A stretch of 64,000 bases of DNA from positions 11,037 to 75,036 of the forward strand of contig JAWOID010000104.1 of assembly GCA_046484865.1 (NCBI GenBank). The letters are read 5' to 3'. Numbering within the stretch: position 1 is the stretch's first letter; every line of letters starts with the position of its first letter. The position numbers were made by a program, and so were the translations under genes. The DNA is from Candidatus Krumholzibacteriia bacterium (GTDB lineage Bacteria; Krumholzibacteriota; Krumholzibacteriia; LZORAL124-64-63). Shown here in pieces: positions 1-9,582 of the stretch. A model generated the notes under the pieces. It was not told where the DNA came from, searched no databases, and saw nothing but the letters and a program-made list of their open reading frames with translations.

Positions 1-262
1 TGCTGGTGCCGGTCACGACGTCCACCGGCACCCCTGCTTCCTCGAGGGCGATGATCACGCCGATGTGGCCGATGCCGCGGGCGCCGCCGCCACCGAGCGC
101 GAGTCCCACCCGCGGCCGCGGGGGATCGGCGGCCGCCGCCGCTGCCGGCGCGGGCGCGGCGAACCACGGCAGCAGCACCGCGATCGCCAGGGCGAGGGCG
201 TCCGCCCCGGGGCGGTACGGCCGGGGTCCAGGGGAGGCGGATGGCGTGACGGCTCCCGTCAC
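1..262 (-). CDS. Patatin-like phospholipase with N-terminal signal peptide (only the N-terminus is in the window; not in the ORF track)
   Basis: Manual translation from GTG at 262 (overlaps egtD stop) gives ...[66 protein letters not shown]. This contains the patatin GGGARG oxyanion motif and the start of the GxSxG motif. Confidence 0.85.
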   Translation of the reverse strand, partial: MTGAVTPSASPGPRPYRPGADALALAIAVLLPWFAAPAPAAAAAADPPRPRVGLALGGGGARGIGHIGVIIALEEAGVPVDVVTGTS

Positions 263-1230
263 CGTGCAGCCGGGCCGAGGTACTGCACGCTGAAGAGCCG
301 GGCATCGTCGGTCCACACCGACCGCACCTGCCAGCCGCAGCCGGCCGCCAGGGCCGAGAATTCCTCGAGGGTGTACTTGTAGCTGTTCTCGGTGTGGATG
401 GTCTCGCCGGCGCGGAACTCCACCCGCGTGCCGTTCACCCGCACCGACTGGGGCACGAGGCTTTCCAGGTGCATCTCCACCCGGCCGTGCTCGTCGTTCC
501 ACACCGCGCGGTGACGGAACCGATCGAGGACGAAGTCGGCGCCCAGATCGCGATTGAGCCGGCGCAGGAGGTTGAGGTCGAAGGCCGCCGTGACACCCGC
601 CGCGTCGTCGTAGGCGGCCTCCAGCACCGCGGGGTCCTTGCGCAGGTCCACGCCGATCAGCAGCGCGCCGTCTCTGCCCACGGTGCGGCGGATGCGGCGC
701 AGGAACCGTTGCGCCGCGCCGGGAGCGAAGTTGCCGATCGTGGAGCCGGGGAAGAACGCCGCGCGCCGTCGCGGCTCCAGGCGCGGATGGGGCAGGTCGA
801 GCGGTTCGGTGTAGTCTGCACAGACCGGCAGCACCTCCAGGCGGGGGAACCGCCCCCGCAGACGGCGCAACGACGCGAGCAACGCATCTTCGCTGATCTC
901 GATCGGCACGTAGGCGACCGGGGTTGCGAGGCGGCTCAGCAGCAGCTCGGTCTTGACCGCGCTGCCGCTGCCGTACTCGAGGACGAGGCAGCCCGGACCG
1001 AGTTCCGCAGCCATCTCGTCGCCGTGCCGGCGCAAGATCGCGATCTCCGTGCGGGTGGGATAGTACTCCGGCAGATCGCAGATGCGCTCGAAGAGATGCG
1101 AGCCGCGCTCGTCATAGAGGTACTTGCAGGCGACGGTCTTCTGCGGCTGCGCCAGCCCGGCGACGATCTCGCGTCGCATCCTGGTGAACTGATCGCCGGC
1201 GAGGTCCGGTTGTGGCTCCACGATCGTCAC
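259..1230 (-). CDS. egtD: L-histidine N-alpha-trimethyltransferase (EgtD)
   Basis: C-terminal part of ORF 259..2763: [71 protein letters not shown] start at 1230 overlaps the egtB stop. Confidence 0.93.
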   Translation of the reverse strand: MTIVEPQPDLAGDQFTRMRREIVAGLAQPQKTVACKYLYDERGSHLFERICDLPEYYPTRTEIAILRRHGDEMAAELGPGCLVLEYGSGSAVKTELLLSRLATPVAYVPIEISEDALLASLRRLRGRFPRLEVLPVCADYTEPLDLPHPRLEPRRRAAFFPGSTIGNFAPGAAQRFLRRIRRTVGRDGALLIGVDLRKDPAVLEAAYDDAAGVTAAFDLNLLRRLNRDLGADFVLDRFRHRAVWNDEHGRVEMHLESLVPQSVRVNGTRVEFRAGETIHTENSYKYTLEEFSALAAGCGWQVRSVWTDDARLFSVQYLGPAAR

Positions 1231-2615
1231 TCCCCTCCGTCGCGGGCCAGGCGCAGACCGCTGAACTGCCAGCGGGCCGCCGGTCCGAAGAAGTTCCGGT
1301 AGGTGGCGCGGATGTGTCCGGCAGGCGTGACGCACGAACCGCCGCGCAGCACCATCTGGCCGGACATGAACTTGGCGTTGTACTCGCCGAGCGCGCCGGC
1401 GGGCGCCTGGAAGCCCGGATACGGGCGATAGGGACTGGCCGTCCACTCCCAGACGTCGCCGAAGAGTTGGCGGGGCCCGCCGCCGGCCGCGGGCGGCGCC
1501 GGCACCGGGTGCAGGATGCCGTCGGCGGCGAGATGCCCCCGCACGGGCTGCGTGGCCGCCACCGCTTCCCACTCCTCCTCGGTCGGGAGCCGCGCGCCGG
1601 CCCAGCGGGCGAAGGCGTCGGCCTCGAAGAAGCTCAGGTGGCAGACCGGCGCCTCCAGGTCCACCGGCAGCAGGCCGGCCAGCGTGAACACATGCCACTC
1701 GCCGTCGCGACGCTCCCAGTAGAGCGGCGCCTCCCAGGAGCCGGCCCGTGCCGCATCCCAGCCCTCGCTGAGCCACGGGTCCGGGCGCCGGTAGCCGTCG
1801 TCGCCCATGAACTCCACGAACTCGCCGCAGGTCACGAGGCGGTCGGCCAGCCGGAACGGTTCGAGGAAGACGCGGTGGCGCGGTCCCTCGTTGTCGAAGG
1901 CGAACCCGCCGCCGGCGTGGCCCACCTCCAGCAACCCGCCCGGATGCGCCGTCCAGTCGGGATCGTCGCCGCCGCCGGCGGGGGAAGACACCAGCGTGGG
2001 GCGAGCGGAATCCGGTCGATAGGAGGGCAGCAGGGGGTTGAGGGAAAAGAGGTGCTTCACGTCGGTGAGAAGCAGTTCCTGATGCTGCTGCTCGTGGTTC
2101 AAGCCGATCTCGAGCAGCCGTTCCAGCTCCGCCAGCCGCTCCCCGGACGCCGCTTCCAGCAGTGCCGCGAGGTGATCGTCGACATGCCTGCGGTAGGCGC
2201 GCACCTCGGCGTGCCCGGGGCGGGTGAGGATTCCGCGCCGCGGCCGCGGAAAGGGCGTGCCCAGGGCGTTGTAGTACGAGTTGAAGAGATATCCGAATCG
2301 CGGGTGGAAGGGTTCGTAGCCGGCAAGGTGCGGAACGAGCAGAAAGGTCTCGAAGAACCACGTGGTGTGCGCCAGGTGCCACTTGGCCGGGCTCGCATCC
2401 GGCATGCTCTGCGCCGCCATGTCCTCGTCCGTCAGCGGTGCGCACAGGTCTTCCGTGGCGCGTCGCACCGCCACGTACTCGCCGAGAAGGCTCCAGGCGG
2501 GCCTCCCGGCGGACCTCGTCGCGCGGGCGGCCCGGGGATCGCCGGGAGCGAGGCCATCCCCGGAGCGGACCTCGCCCTCTTCGTGGAGGCGGTCGTCGTC
2601 GGCCTCGTGACTCAT
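1227..2615 (-). CDS. egtB: Ergothioneine sulfoxide synthase EgtB (DinB-like plus FGE-sulfatase-like domains)
   Basis: QSMPDASPAKWHLAHTTWFFE, YLFNSYY, HEQQHQELLLTD (Fe ligands), RLPTEEEWE, GEYNAKFM, YRNFF, RWQFSGLRLA. ATG 2615 follows a GGAG RBS; the gene is adjacent to egtD. Confidence 0.93.
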   Translation of the reverse strand: MSHEADDDRLHEEGEVRSGDGLAPGDPRAARATRSAGRPAWSLLGEYVAVRRATEDLCAPLTDEDMAAQSMPDASPAKWHLAHTTWFFETFLLVPHLAGYEPFHPRFGYLFNSYYNALGTPFPRPRRGILTRPGHAEVRAYRRHVDDHLAALLEAASGERLAELERLLEIGLNHEQQHQELLLTDVKHLFSLNPLLPSYRPDSARPTLVSSPAGGGDDPDWTAHPGGLLEVGHAGGGFAFDNEGPRHRVFLEPFRLADRLVTCGEFVEFMGDDGYRRPDPWLSEGWDAARAGSWEAPLYWERRDGEWHVFTLAGLLPVDLEAPVCHLSFFEADAFARWAGARLPTEEEWEAVAATQPVRGHLAADGILHPVPAPPAAGGGPRQLFGDVWEWTASPYRPYPGFQAPAGALGEYNAKFMSGQMVLRGGSCVTPAGHIRATYRNFFGPAARWQFSGLRLARDGGE

Positions 2616-2656
2616 TCTCCGGCTCCTCGGTGGTCGGACGCGTGGGCGCGTCCCGG

Positions 2657-4219
2657 TCACACGGTCTGCGGCTGCAGGCGCAGCCCGCGCGGGACCAGGC
2701 GCCGTTCCGCCAGCTCGAAAAGGCCCTGCAGCGCCAGGGCGAGCAGCGCCGCCGGCACGGCACCCAGCAGGATCAGCGGCACGCTGTCGAGTCGGATCCC
2801 CGTGAGGATGGGCTGGCCGTAACCACCCGCTCCGATGAGGGCGCCGAGCGTCGCGGTGCCCACGTTGATAACGGCGGACGTCTTGATGCCGGCCAGGATG
2901 GCGCGGCTGGCGAGCGGCAGCTCGATCTTCAGCAGCTGCACGCGACGCGGCAGACCCAGCGCCTCGGCCGACTCGCGGATCTCCAGCGGGATGCCGGTCA
3001 GCCCGGCATGCGTGTTGCGCAGGACCGGCAGGAGGCTGTAGAGGAACAGGGCCGTCACCGCGGGCACGGCTCCGATGCCCAGCAACGGGATCATGAGCAC
3101 CAGCAGAGCCAGGGCCGGGATGGTCTGCAGGATGCCGGCCACGGTCAGCACCACCTGCCCCAGACGCCGCCGCCGTGCAGCGACCACGCCCAGCGGCACC
3201 GCCACCAGGACCGCCGCCGTGAGCGAGACACCCACCAGTGCCAGGTGTTCGAGCGTGTGCCGCAGCAGGCGGTCCTTCCAGTCGGGTCCCGCGACGACGA
3301 GGCCGGCGTCCAGCCCCAGCTCCGCGGTCAGGAAGCCGGCCGCCACCACGGCGGCGGGTTCCCCCGCGACCTTCGCCCGCGCGTTGAGAGCGGCCATCTC
3401 GACAGCGGAGAGGCGGCCGGCCAGCGAAGCGAAGGCGTTCGTCACCTCGGGATGGGTCCGTACCAGCTCCGCGCGGTAGAGGACCACCGCCCGGTACTCG
3501 GGGAAGTGCTCGCGGTCGTCCGCGAGCACGGTCAGTCCGTGCTCCGCGATCTCGGCATCGGTGGAGTAGAAGTCGGTCACGTCCAGGTCGCCGGCCAGCA
3601 GCGCGCGGTAGGCGAGATCGTGATCGAGACCGCGCACGGCGAGACCGTGCAGATCGTAGGCATCGCGCAGGGCGGGCCAGCCGTCACGCCGGTCGAGGAA
3701 CTCGCTGGTGAACCCCACGCGCAGATCGGAACGGTCGCGCAGCGCGGAGATGGTGCCGATGCCGTGCTCCTGCGCCCGGTCGGCGCGCATGCCGAGCGCG
3801 TAGGTGTTCTCGAAGCCCAGCGGCGGACCGATCACCACCCCGTGGGGGGCCAGGGCGGTGCGGAGCGCATCGAGGTCGCCGGCCGACGCGCCGGGGGGCA
3901 GGGCGCCGCCGAGGATCTCCTCGGCGATCGTCCCGGTATACTCGGGGTAGGCGTCGATGTCGCCCCTTCGCAACGCATTCCAGAGCACGCGCGTGCCGCC
4001 CAGCTCGGGCCGGTGCACCGCGGCCGCGCCCGCATCGCGGGCCAGCAGCGCCAGCATCTCGCCCAGGATCACCGACTCGGTGAACTTCTTCGACGCCACG
4101 CGTACGGGGCGGCGTTCGTCCGCGGCGGCGACGCCGGGCACGGCCGACCACATCCCGGTGGCGAGCAGCCAGGCCGCTCCCGTCGCGATCAGTCGGTGCG
4201 CGTGCCGTGCGCGGATCAC
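2657..4219 (-). CDS. Quaternary-amine (OpuAC/ProX/EgtU-like) ABC importer: substrate-binding domain fused to permease
   Basis: Signal peptide; ASKKFTESVIL, YPEYTGT, GFENTYAL, EFLDRRDG, FYSTD (binding domain); then QTIPALAL and an EAA-like loop (ESAEALGL) with GAGGYG (permease). Confidence 0.88.
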   Translation of the reverse strand: MIRARHAHRLIATGAAWLLATGMWSAVPGVAAADERRPVRVASKKFTESVILGEMLALLARDAGAAAVHRPELGGTRVLWNALRRGDIDAYPEYTGTIAEEILGGALPPGASAGDLDALRTALAPHGVVIGPPLGFENTYALGMRADRAQEHGIGTISALRDRSDLRVGFTSEFLDRRDGWPALRDAYDLHGLAVRGLDHDLAYRALLAGDLDVTDFYSTDAEIAEHGLTVLADDREHFPEYRAVVLYRAELVRTHPEVTNAFASLAGRLSAVEMAALNARAKVAGEPAAVVAAGFLTAELGLDAGLVVAGPDWKDRLLRHTLEHLALVGVSLTAAVLVAVPLGVVAARRRRLGQVVLTVAGILQTIPALALLVLMIPLLGIGAVPAVTALFLYSLLPVLRNTHAGLTGIPLEIRESAEALGLPRRVQLLKIELPLASRAILAGIKTSAVINVGTATLGALIGAGGYGQPILTGIRLDSVPLILLGAVPAALLALALQGLFELAERRLVPRGLRLQPQTV

Positions 4220-5151
4220 GCCGGCGCCTCCGGATGCTCCGGCGGCTCCGGATGCCCCGGCGGCCCTGGCGCCTTCGGCGGCTCGCCGGCACCGGGTGCG
4301 CCGGGCCTTCCGGTTGCTCCGGACGATGCATCCAGGTCGTCGCCCACGGACGACAGCTCGCCGTGGATCAGCCGCTGCGCGCCGACGAAGCGCTGCACGA
4401 AGGGGGCGGCCGGCCGCCGGGTCAGGTCGGCGTAGGTGCCGTCCTGCACCACCGAGCCCTGGTGCAGCAGGACCAGGCGATCGGCGAGATACCGGGCCTC
4501 GGCCAGGTCGTGGGTCACGAGCACCACGGTCTTGTCCAGCGTCTCGAAGATGCGGCGCAGGTCCTGCTGCAGCTCCGAGCGGATGAGAGGGTCGAGCGCG
4601 CCCAGCGGTTCGTCCAGCAACAGCACCGCGGGATCGAGCATCAACGCACGCATGAGCGCCACCCGCTGGCGCTGCCCGCCCGACAGCTCCGCCGGGTAAC
4701 GCGCCATGATGCCGCTGGGCAGGCGCGCGAGCTGCGCCAGTTCTTCCGTGCGGGTGGCGATGCGCAGCCGCGACCAGCCCAGATGACGCGCCTGGAGGCT
4801 CAGGTTCTCGGCGGCGGTGAGGTGGGGAAAGAGGCCGCCGTCCTGGATCACATAGCCCAGGCCCAGGCGGATGCGGTTGGCCGACGTCCGGTCGAGCGGC
4901 TTTCCCTGGACCAGCACCTCGCCGGTATCCGCCGCCACCAGGCCGACCAGCAGCCGCAGCAGGGTCGATTTGCCGCCGCCGCTCGGTCCGATCAGCGCCA
5001 GCCGTGTGCCGGCCGGAACCTCCAGGTCGACGGGGTGCAGGGCCGTCGCGGTGCCGTACCGCTTGCTGGCGCCGCGAGCCTCCAGCGCCGCGGGGGCGGG
5101 AGGCTGCACTCCGACGTCCACGTCGGCGGCGAGTTGGCTGCTGGGGCCCAT
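4216..5151 (-). CDS. ABC transporter ATP-binding protein (OpuA/ProV-like)
   Basis: Walker A GPSGGGKST, LSGGQRQRV, LLLDEP, VTHD. Overlaps the binding-protein/permease gene by 4 nt. The start codon is uncertain. Confidence 0.9.
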   Translation of the reverse strand: MGPSSQLAADVDVGVQPPAPAALEARGASKRYGTATALHPVDLEVPAGTRLALIGPSGGGKSTLLRLLVGLVAADTGEVLVQGKPLDRTSANRIRLGLGYVIQDGGLFPHLTAAENLSLQARHLGWSRLRIATRTEELAQLARLPSGIMARYPAELSGGQRQRVALMRALMLDPAVLLLDEPLGALDPLIRSELQQDLRRIFETLDKTVVLVTHDLAEARYLADRLVLLHQGSVVQDGTYADLTRRPAAPFVQRFVGAQRLIHGELSSVGDDLDASSGATGRPGAPGAGEPPKAPGPPGHPEPPEHPEAPA

Positions 5152-5209
5152 GCAGCCAGGCTAAGCACGCGTGGGGCGATCAGCCACCCCGGGCGCCGCC
5201 GTCCGCCGC

Positions 5210-8200
5210 TCAGGTGCGCCGGGCTTCTGCCGGGGGTGCGGACTGCGTCTGCGGATCGTCCGCCGGCTCGATCTCGCGCACCCGCCGCGCCGCGGTGAAA
5301 CGCGCCAGCAACGAGTACACGACGGGTACGAGCACCAGGGTCAGGAAGGTGGCGAAGAGGATGCCGCCGACGATGGCCACGCCCAGCGGCCGCCGCGACT
5401 CGGCGCCCGCGCCCGCTCCCACCGCGATGGGCAGGATGCCGAAGACCGTCGAGAGCGAGGTCATCAGGATGGGACGTAGACGGATGCGCGCCGCCTCCTG
5501 CACGGCCGCCGTGACGTCTCGCCCGCGAGCTCGCAGCTGGTTGGCGAACTCCACGATGAGGATGGAGTTCTTGGTCACCAGCCCGATCAGCATCACCAGG
5601 CCGATCTGCGAGTAGATGTTCATGCTCTGGCCGAACAGCGTGAGCGAAGCCACGGCGCCCACGACCGCCAGCGGCACCGACAGCAGGATCACCAGCGGAT
5701 GGACGAAGCTCTCGAACTGCGCCGCCAGGACCAGGTAGATGAACACCACCGCCAGGATGAACATGAAGGCCAGGCTGCCGGTCGACTCGCGGTACTCCAG
5801 CGACTGCCCCGAGAGGTCGCGCCGGATGCCGGCGGGCAGGGCGGTGGCGGCGATGCGGTCGAGGTCGTCCAGGGCGCTGCCCAGGTCGACCCCGGGCGCG
5901 AGGTTGGCGGTCACCGTCGCCGCGCGCACGCGGTTGTAGTGGTTCAGCTCCTTCGGCGCCACCGTCTCCTCCACCCGCACGAGATTGGCGAGCTGGACCA
6001 GTTCGCCGCTCGCCGACCGCAGGTAGATCTGGCGGATCACGTCGGGCGTGGCGCGGCTGGACGGCCGGAGCTGCGCGATGACGTCGTACTGCTTGGTGCC
6101 GCGCTTGAAGTCGCCCACCACGCGTCCGCCCAGGAACGTCTCCAGCGTGGTCCCGATATCGGTGACCGTCACTCCCAGCTCGGCCGCCCGATCACGATCG
6201 ATGGCGATATCGAGCTGCGGCTTGTTCAGGCGCAGGTCGGTGTCGAGATTCAGCAGGTAGCCCAGCTTCGAGGCCTCGCTCATGAAGATCTGCACGGCCC
6301 CGCTCAGCTCGTCGTAGGTCTCCGCCTGCAGCACGTAGTTGATGGGGGTCGTGCTGAAGCGGCCGCCGAGGCTGGGCGGGTTGACCACGAACGCCAGCAC
6401 GCCGGGCACCGCCATCAGGCGCGGGAAGAGCGACGCCACGATCTCCTGCTGGGAGCGCTCGCGCTCGTCGCGCGGCACGAGGTTGAGGAACATGAAGCCG
6501 TTGGTCACGCGCCCCGGTCCGCCGAAGCCGAGTCCGACGGCGCTGAACAGGCCGCGGTGCTCCGGCAGGGCGAGCAGGATATCCTCGATCTCGCGCTGGT
6601 AGCGGTCGGTGTACTCCAGCGTGGCGCCCTCGGGCGCGGTGACGATGCCGAAGCCCACGCCGCGGTCCTCGGTGGGGACTAGCTCGCGCGGTAGCTCTCC
6701 GTACATCCAGACCCCGCCCGCCACCAGCAGCACCATCAGCCCCACCACCAGCGCGCGCCGGCGCAGGGCCAGGTCGAGCGTGCCGCCGTAGGCGCGGTCG
6801 AGGCCGCGGAAGAAGGCGTTGAACGAGCGGTCGGTCCACTTCTGCGACCTCGTCTCGTCGTGCCGGCGCAGGATCAACGAGCAGAGCGTGGGGGTGAGGG
6901 TGAGAGCCACGAACGAGGAGATCACCACCGAGGCTGCCAGCATGATGCCGAACTCGCGGAACAGCCGGCCCACCGTGCCGGTGAGGAACGCCACCGGGAC
7001 GAAGACGGCCACCAGCGAGATGGTGGTGGCGATCACGGCGAAGGCGATCTCGGCCGTGCCGTCGCGGGCCGCCAGCAGGCGGGGCTTGCGCATCTCGAGG
7101 TGGCGGAAGCAGTTCTCCAGCACGACGATCGCGTCGTCCACCACCAGTCCGATGGCCAGCACCAGCGCCAGCAGCGTGATGATGTTCACCGTGAACCCGA
7201 GGGCGAAGGCCACCGTGTAGGCGCCGATGATGGCGATGGGGATGGCGATGATCGGGATCACGGTGGCGCGCACGCTCTTGAGGAACAGCAGCACCACCAG
7301 CACCACCAGCCCGGTGGCGATGAGCAGGGTCTGGGCCACCTCGCCGATCGACTCCTCGATGAACACCGCCGAGTCGTAGGCGATGTGCAGGGTCATCCCC
7401 GGCGGCACCGCCGCCTGGAGCTCCGGCACCACACGCCGCACTTCCTGGGCCACGGCGATGGTGCTGGCCTGCTTCTGTTTCACGACGCCGAGGCCCACCG
7501 CCGGCAGGCCGTTGAACCGGGTCACGGTCCGCTCGTCCTCGGGTCCGATCTCCACCGAGGCGACATCCCGCAGACGCACGATGTCGGCGCCTCGCTGGGC
7601 CACCACCACGTCGGCGAATTCCTCGGGCTGCTGCAGCTCGCCGCGGGTGCGCACGGCGAACTCGCGCTCCACGCCCTCGACGCGGCCGGCGGGGATCTCC
7701 GCGTTCTCCTGCCGGATGGCCTGTTCCACGTCCTGGGTGGTGAGCCCGTGCGCGGCCATACGCTGGGGATCGAGCCAAACGCGCATGGCGTACCGTCGCT
7801 CGCCGCCGATGAAGACCGAACCCACGCCGGGCAAGCGTTGCAGCCGCTCCTTGATGATGCGGTCGGCCACGTCCGACAGTTCGAGGGTGGAGTGCCGCTC
7901 GCTGCTGAAGGCCAGCCACATGACCGGCTGGGCATTCACGTCCACCTTGGCGACGATCGGATCCTCGGCCTCGCGGGGCAGACGGCCGCGCACGCGTGCC
8001 ACGCGGTCGCGCACGTCGTTGGCCGCCGCATCGACGTCGCGGCTCAGCTCGAATTCCACCGTGATGCCAGAGCCCTGCTCGCGACTGGAACTGGTGATGG
8101 TCCTCACGCCCTCGATGGTCGCGAACTGTTCCTCGAGGATGTCCGTGATCTCGGTCTCCACCACGCTCGGGCTGGCTCCGCGGTAGAACGTGTTCACCGA

Positions 8201-8335
8201 CACGATGGGCCGTTCCACGTCGGGATACTCGCGCACGGGCAGGCGGGTGAAGCTGATGACGCCGAGCAGGACCAGCGCCATGCTCATCACCGCCGCCAGC
8301 ACCGGTCGCTTGATGGCTGTCTCGCTCAGCTTCAC
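5210..8335 (-). CDS. RND efflux transporter permease (AcrB/AcrD/AcrF family)
   Basis: Starts VKLSETAIKRPVLA (GTG 8335, overlapping the MFP stop); LPVREYP, GLVVDDAIVVLEN, AQFESF, KNSILIVEFA, RLRPILMT; about 1041 aa. Confidence 0.95.
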   Translation of the reverse strand: MKLSETAIKRPVLAAVMSMALVLLGVISFTRLPVREYPDVERPIVSVNTFYRGASPSVVETEITDILEEQFATIEGVRTITSSSREQGSGITVEFELSRDVDAAANDVRDRVARVRGRLPREAEDPIVAKVDVNAQPVMWLAFSSERHSTLELSDVADRIIKERLQRLPGVGSVFIGGERRYAMRVWLDPQRMAAHGLTTQDVEQAIRQENAEIPAGRVEGVEREFAVRTRGELQQPEEFADVVVAQRGADIVRLRDVASVEIGPEDERTVTRFNGLPAVGLGVVKQKQASTIAVAQEVRRVVPELQAAVPPGMTLHIAYDSAVFIEESIGEVAQTLLIATGLVVLVVLLFLKSVRATVIPIIAIPIAIIGAYTVAFALGFTVNIITLLALVLAIGLVVDDAIVVLENCFRHLEMRKPRLLAARDGTAEIAFAVIATTISLVAVFVPVAFLTGTVGRLFREFGIMLAASVVISSFVALTLTPTLCSLILRRHDETRSQKWTDRSFNAFFRGLDRAYGGTLDLALRRRALVVGLMVLLVAGGVWMYGELPRELVPTEDRGVGFGIVTAPEGATLEYTDRYQREIEDILLALPEHRGLFSAVGLGFGGPGRVTNGFMFLNLVPRDERERSQQEIVASLFPRLMAVPGVLAFVVNPPSLGGRFSTTPINYVLQAETYDELSGAVQIFMSEASKLGYLLNLDTDLRLNKPQLDIAIDRDRAAELGVTVTDIGTTLETFLGGRVVGDFKRGTKQYDVIAQLRPSSRATPDVIRQIYLRSASGELVQLANLVRVEETVAPKELNHYNRVRAATVTANLAPGVDLGSALDDLDRIAATALPAGIRRDLSGQSLEYRESTGSLAFMFILAVVFIYLVLAAQFESFVHPLVILLSVPLAVVGAVASLTLFGQSMNIYSQIGLVMLIGLVTKNSILIVEFANQLRARGRDVTAAVQEAARIRLRPILMTSLSTVFGILPIAVGAGAGAESRRPLGVAIVGGILFATFLTLVLVPVVYSLLARFTAARRVREIEPADDPQTQSAPPAEARRT

Positions 8336-9582
8336 GCTCCGGCCTCCCCGGCCGCGCTCGCCGTGCGGTCCGCGGCGCCCTGTACCGGCGGTGCGGCCGG
8401 CGCCTCCTCGCGTCCGGTGTCCGGCGGTGCCGTCGGCGCCTCCTCGCGCCCGGACTCCGGCGGCCCGCCCGGCGCGGTCGGCGGTGATCCGGTCATCGCG
8501 CGGCTGTCCACCGGCACCACGCGGGCCCCGGGAAAGAGCTTCTGGTGGCCGGTGCGCACCACCCGCACGCCGGCCTCGAGCCCGGACAGCACCTCCACCG
8601 TGCCCGGCTGGCGCAGCCCGAGAGTGACCGGCTGCGGCGCCACCGTGCTGTCGGGCTGGACCACGTACACGAGCGTCTGCCCGGTCTGCATGAAGACCGC
8701 CTCGGACGGCACCGTCAGAGCCTGCGATCGGGATCCGAGCACCACCGCCACGTCCGCGGACATGCCGGGTCGCAGCAGGCGTTCGAGATTCGGAACACGA
8801 GCCACGACGCGCGCGCTGCGGGTGGCGGGATCGAGCACCGGTTCCACCACGTCGATGGTGCCGTCGAGCACCAGGTCGGGATACGCGGTGGTGGCGACGT
8901 TCACCGGTGCGCCCACCCGCAGGCGGGACACGATACGCTCGGGCACGGTGAAGTTCACCCGCAGCTCGTCGACGGCGGCCAGGTCGGTCACCGGGGTGCC
9001 CGCGCGAATGAAGGCCCCCGGGCTCACCCGCCGCGCCCCCGTGAGGCCCGGGAACGGAGCGGTCACCCGCGTCTTGGCCAGCCGGGCACGGGCCAGCGAG
9101 AGTTCCGCGTCGGCGACCTTGAGGGCGGCGGCGGCATCGTCGAGATCCTGCGGGGCGCCCGCGCCCTGCTCCACCACCCGGAGCACGCGCTCGTGGGTGG
9201 AGCGTCGCTGGTCGCGCACCGCCTCGGCACGGGCCACCTGGGCGCGCAGCTCGGCGTCGTCGAGGCGCAGGATCAGGTCGCCCGCGGCCACCGGCTGTCC
9301 CTCGCGGAAGGGCAGTTCCGCCACGATGCCGTCGATCTCCGCCACCACCGTGATGGCGTCGTCGGCCGCCAGCGAGCCGACCGCGGTGAAGCGGTCGACC
9401 ACCTCGCCGGATTCGACGAGGGCCGTCTCCACGACCATCGGCGGCGGCGAGAAACCGCCGCCGGCAGCTTGCTCGCGGTCGCAACCGGCGGCGGCGGCGA
9501 CGAGGACCGCGGCTGCTGCCGCCGCCGCCGCGCGGCTCAGGCGGCGGTCACCGCCGGCGTGTTCGGGAGAGCGAGTGTTCAC
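8332..9582 (-). CDS. RND efflux periplasmic adaptor (membrane fusion protein), probable lipoprotein
   Basis: AAAGC lipobox-like motif; FREGQPVAAGDLILRLD, VTAPFPG, LRPGMSA; lies between tolC and the RND gene. Confidence 0.92.
   Translation of the reverse strand: MNTRSPEHAGGDRRLSRAAAAAAAAVLVAAAAGCDREQAAGGGFSPPPMVVETALVESGEVVDRFTAVGSLAADDAITVVAEIDGIVAELPFREGQPVAAGDLILRLDDAELRAQVARAEAVRDQRRSTHERVLRVVEQGAGAPQDLDDAAAALKVADAELSLARARLAKTRVTAPFPGLTGARRVSPGAFIRAGTPVTDLAAVDELRVNFTVPERIVSRLRVGAPVNVATTAYPDLVLDGTIDVVEPVLDPATRSARVVARVPNLERLLRPGMSADVAVVLGSRSQALTVPSEAVFMQTGQTLVYVVQPDSTVAPQPVTLGLRQPGTVEVLSGLEAGVRVVRTGHQKLFPGARVVPVDSRAMTGSPPTAPGGPPESGREEAPTAPPDTGREEAPAAPPVQGAADRTASAAGEAGA

Noticed and set aside
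1227..2615. Selenoneine synthase SenA or ovothiol synthase OvoA
   Set aside because: No senB or selD-like gene is adjacent and there is no fused C-terminal methyltransferase. The motifs and egtD linkage fit EgtB.
259..2763. 834-aa ORF suggesting a large EgtD fusion
   Set aside because: The upstream part is an alternative-frame shadow of egtB. EgtD homology starts at GTG 1230. The same applies to extended ORFs 5210..9484, 9579..12602, 20514..22904, 46961..49519, 52784..54517 and 57727..60594.
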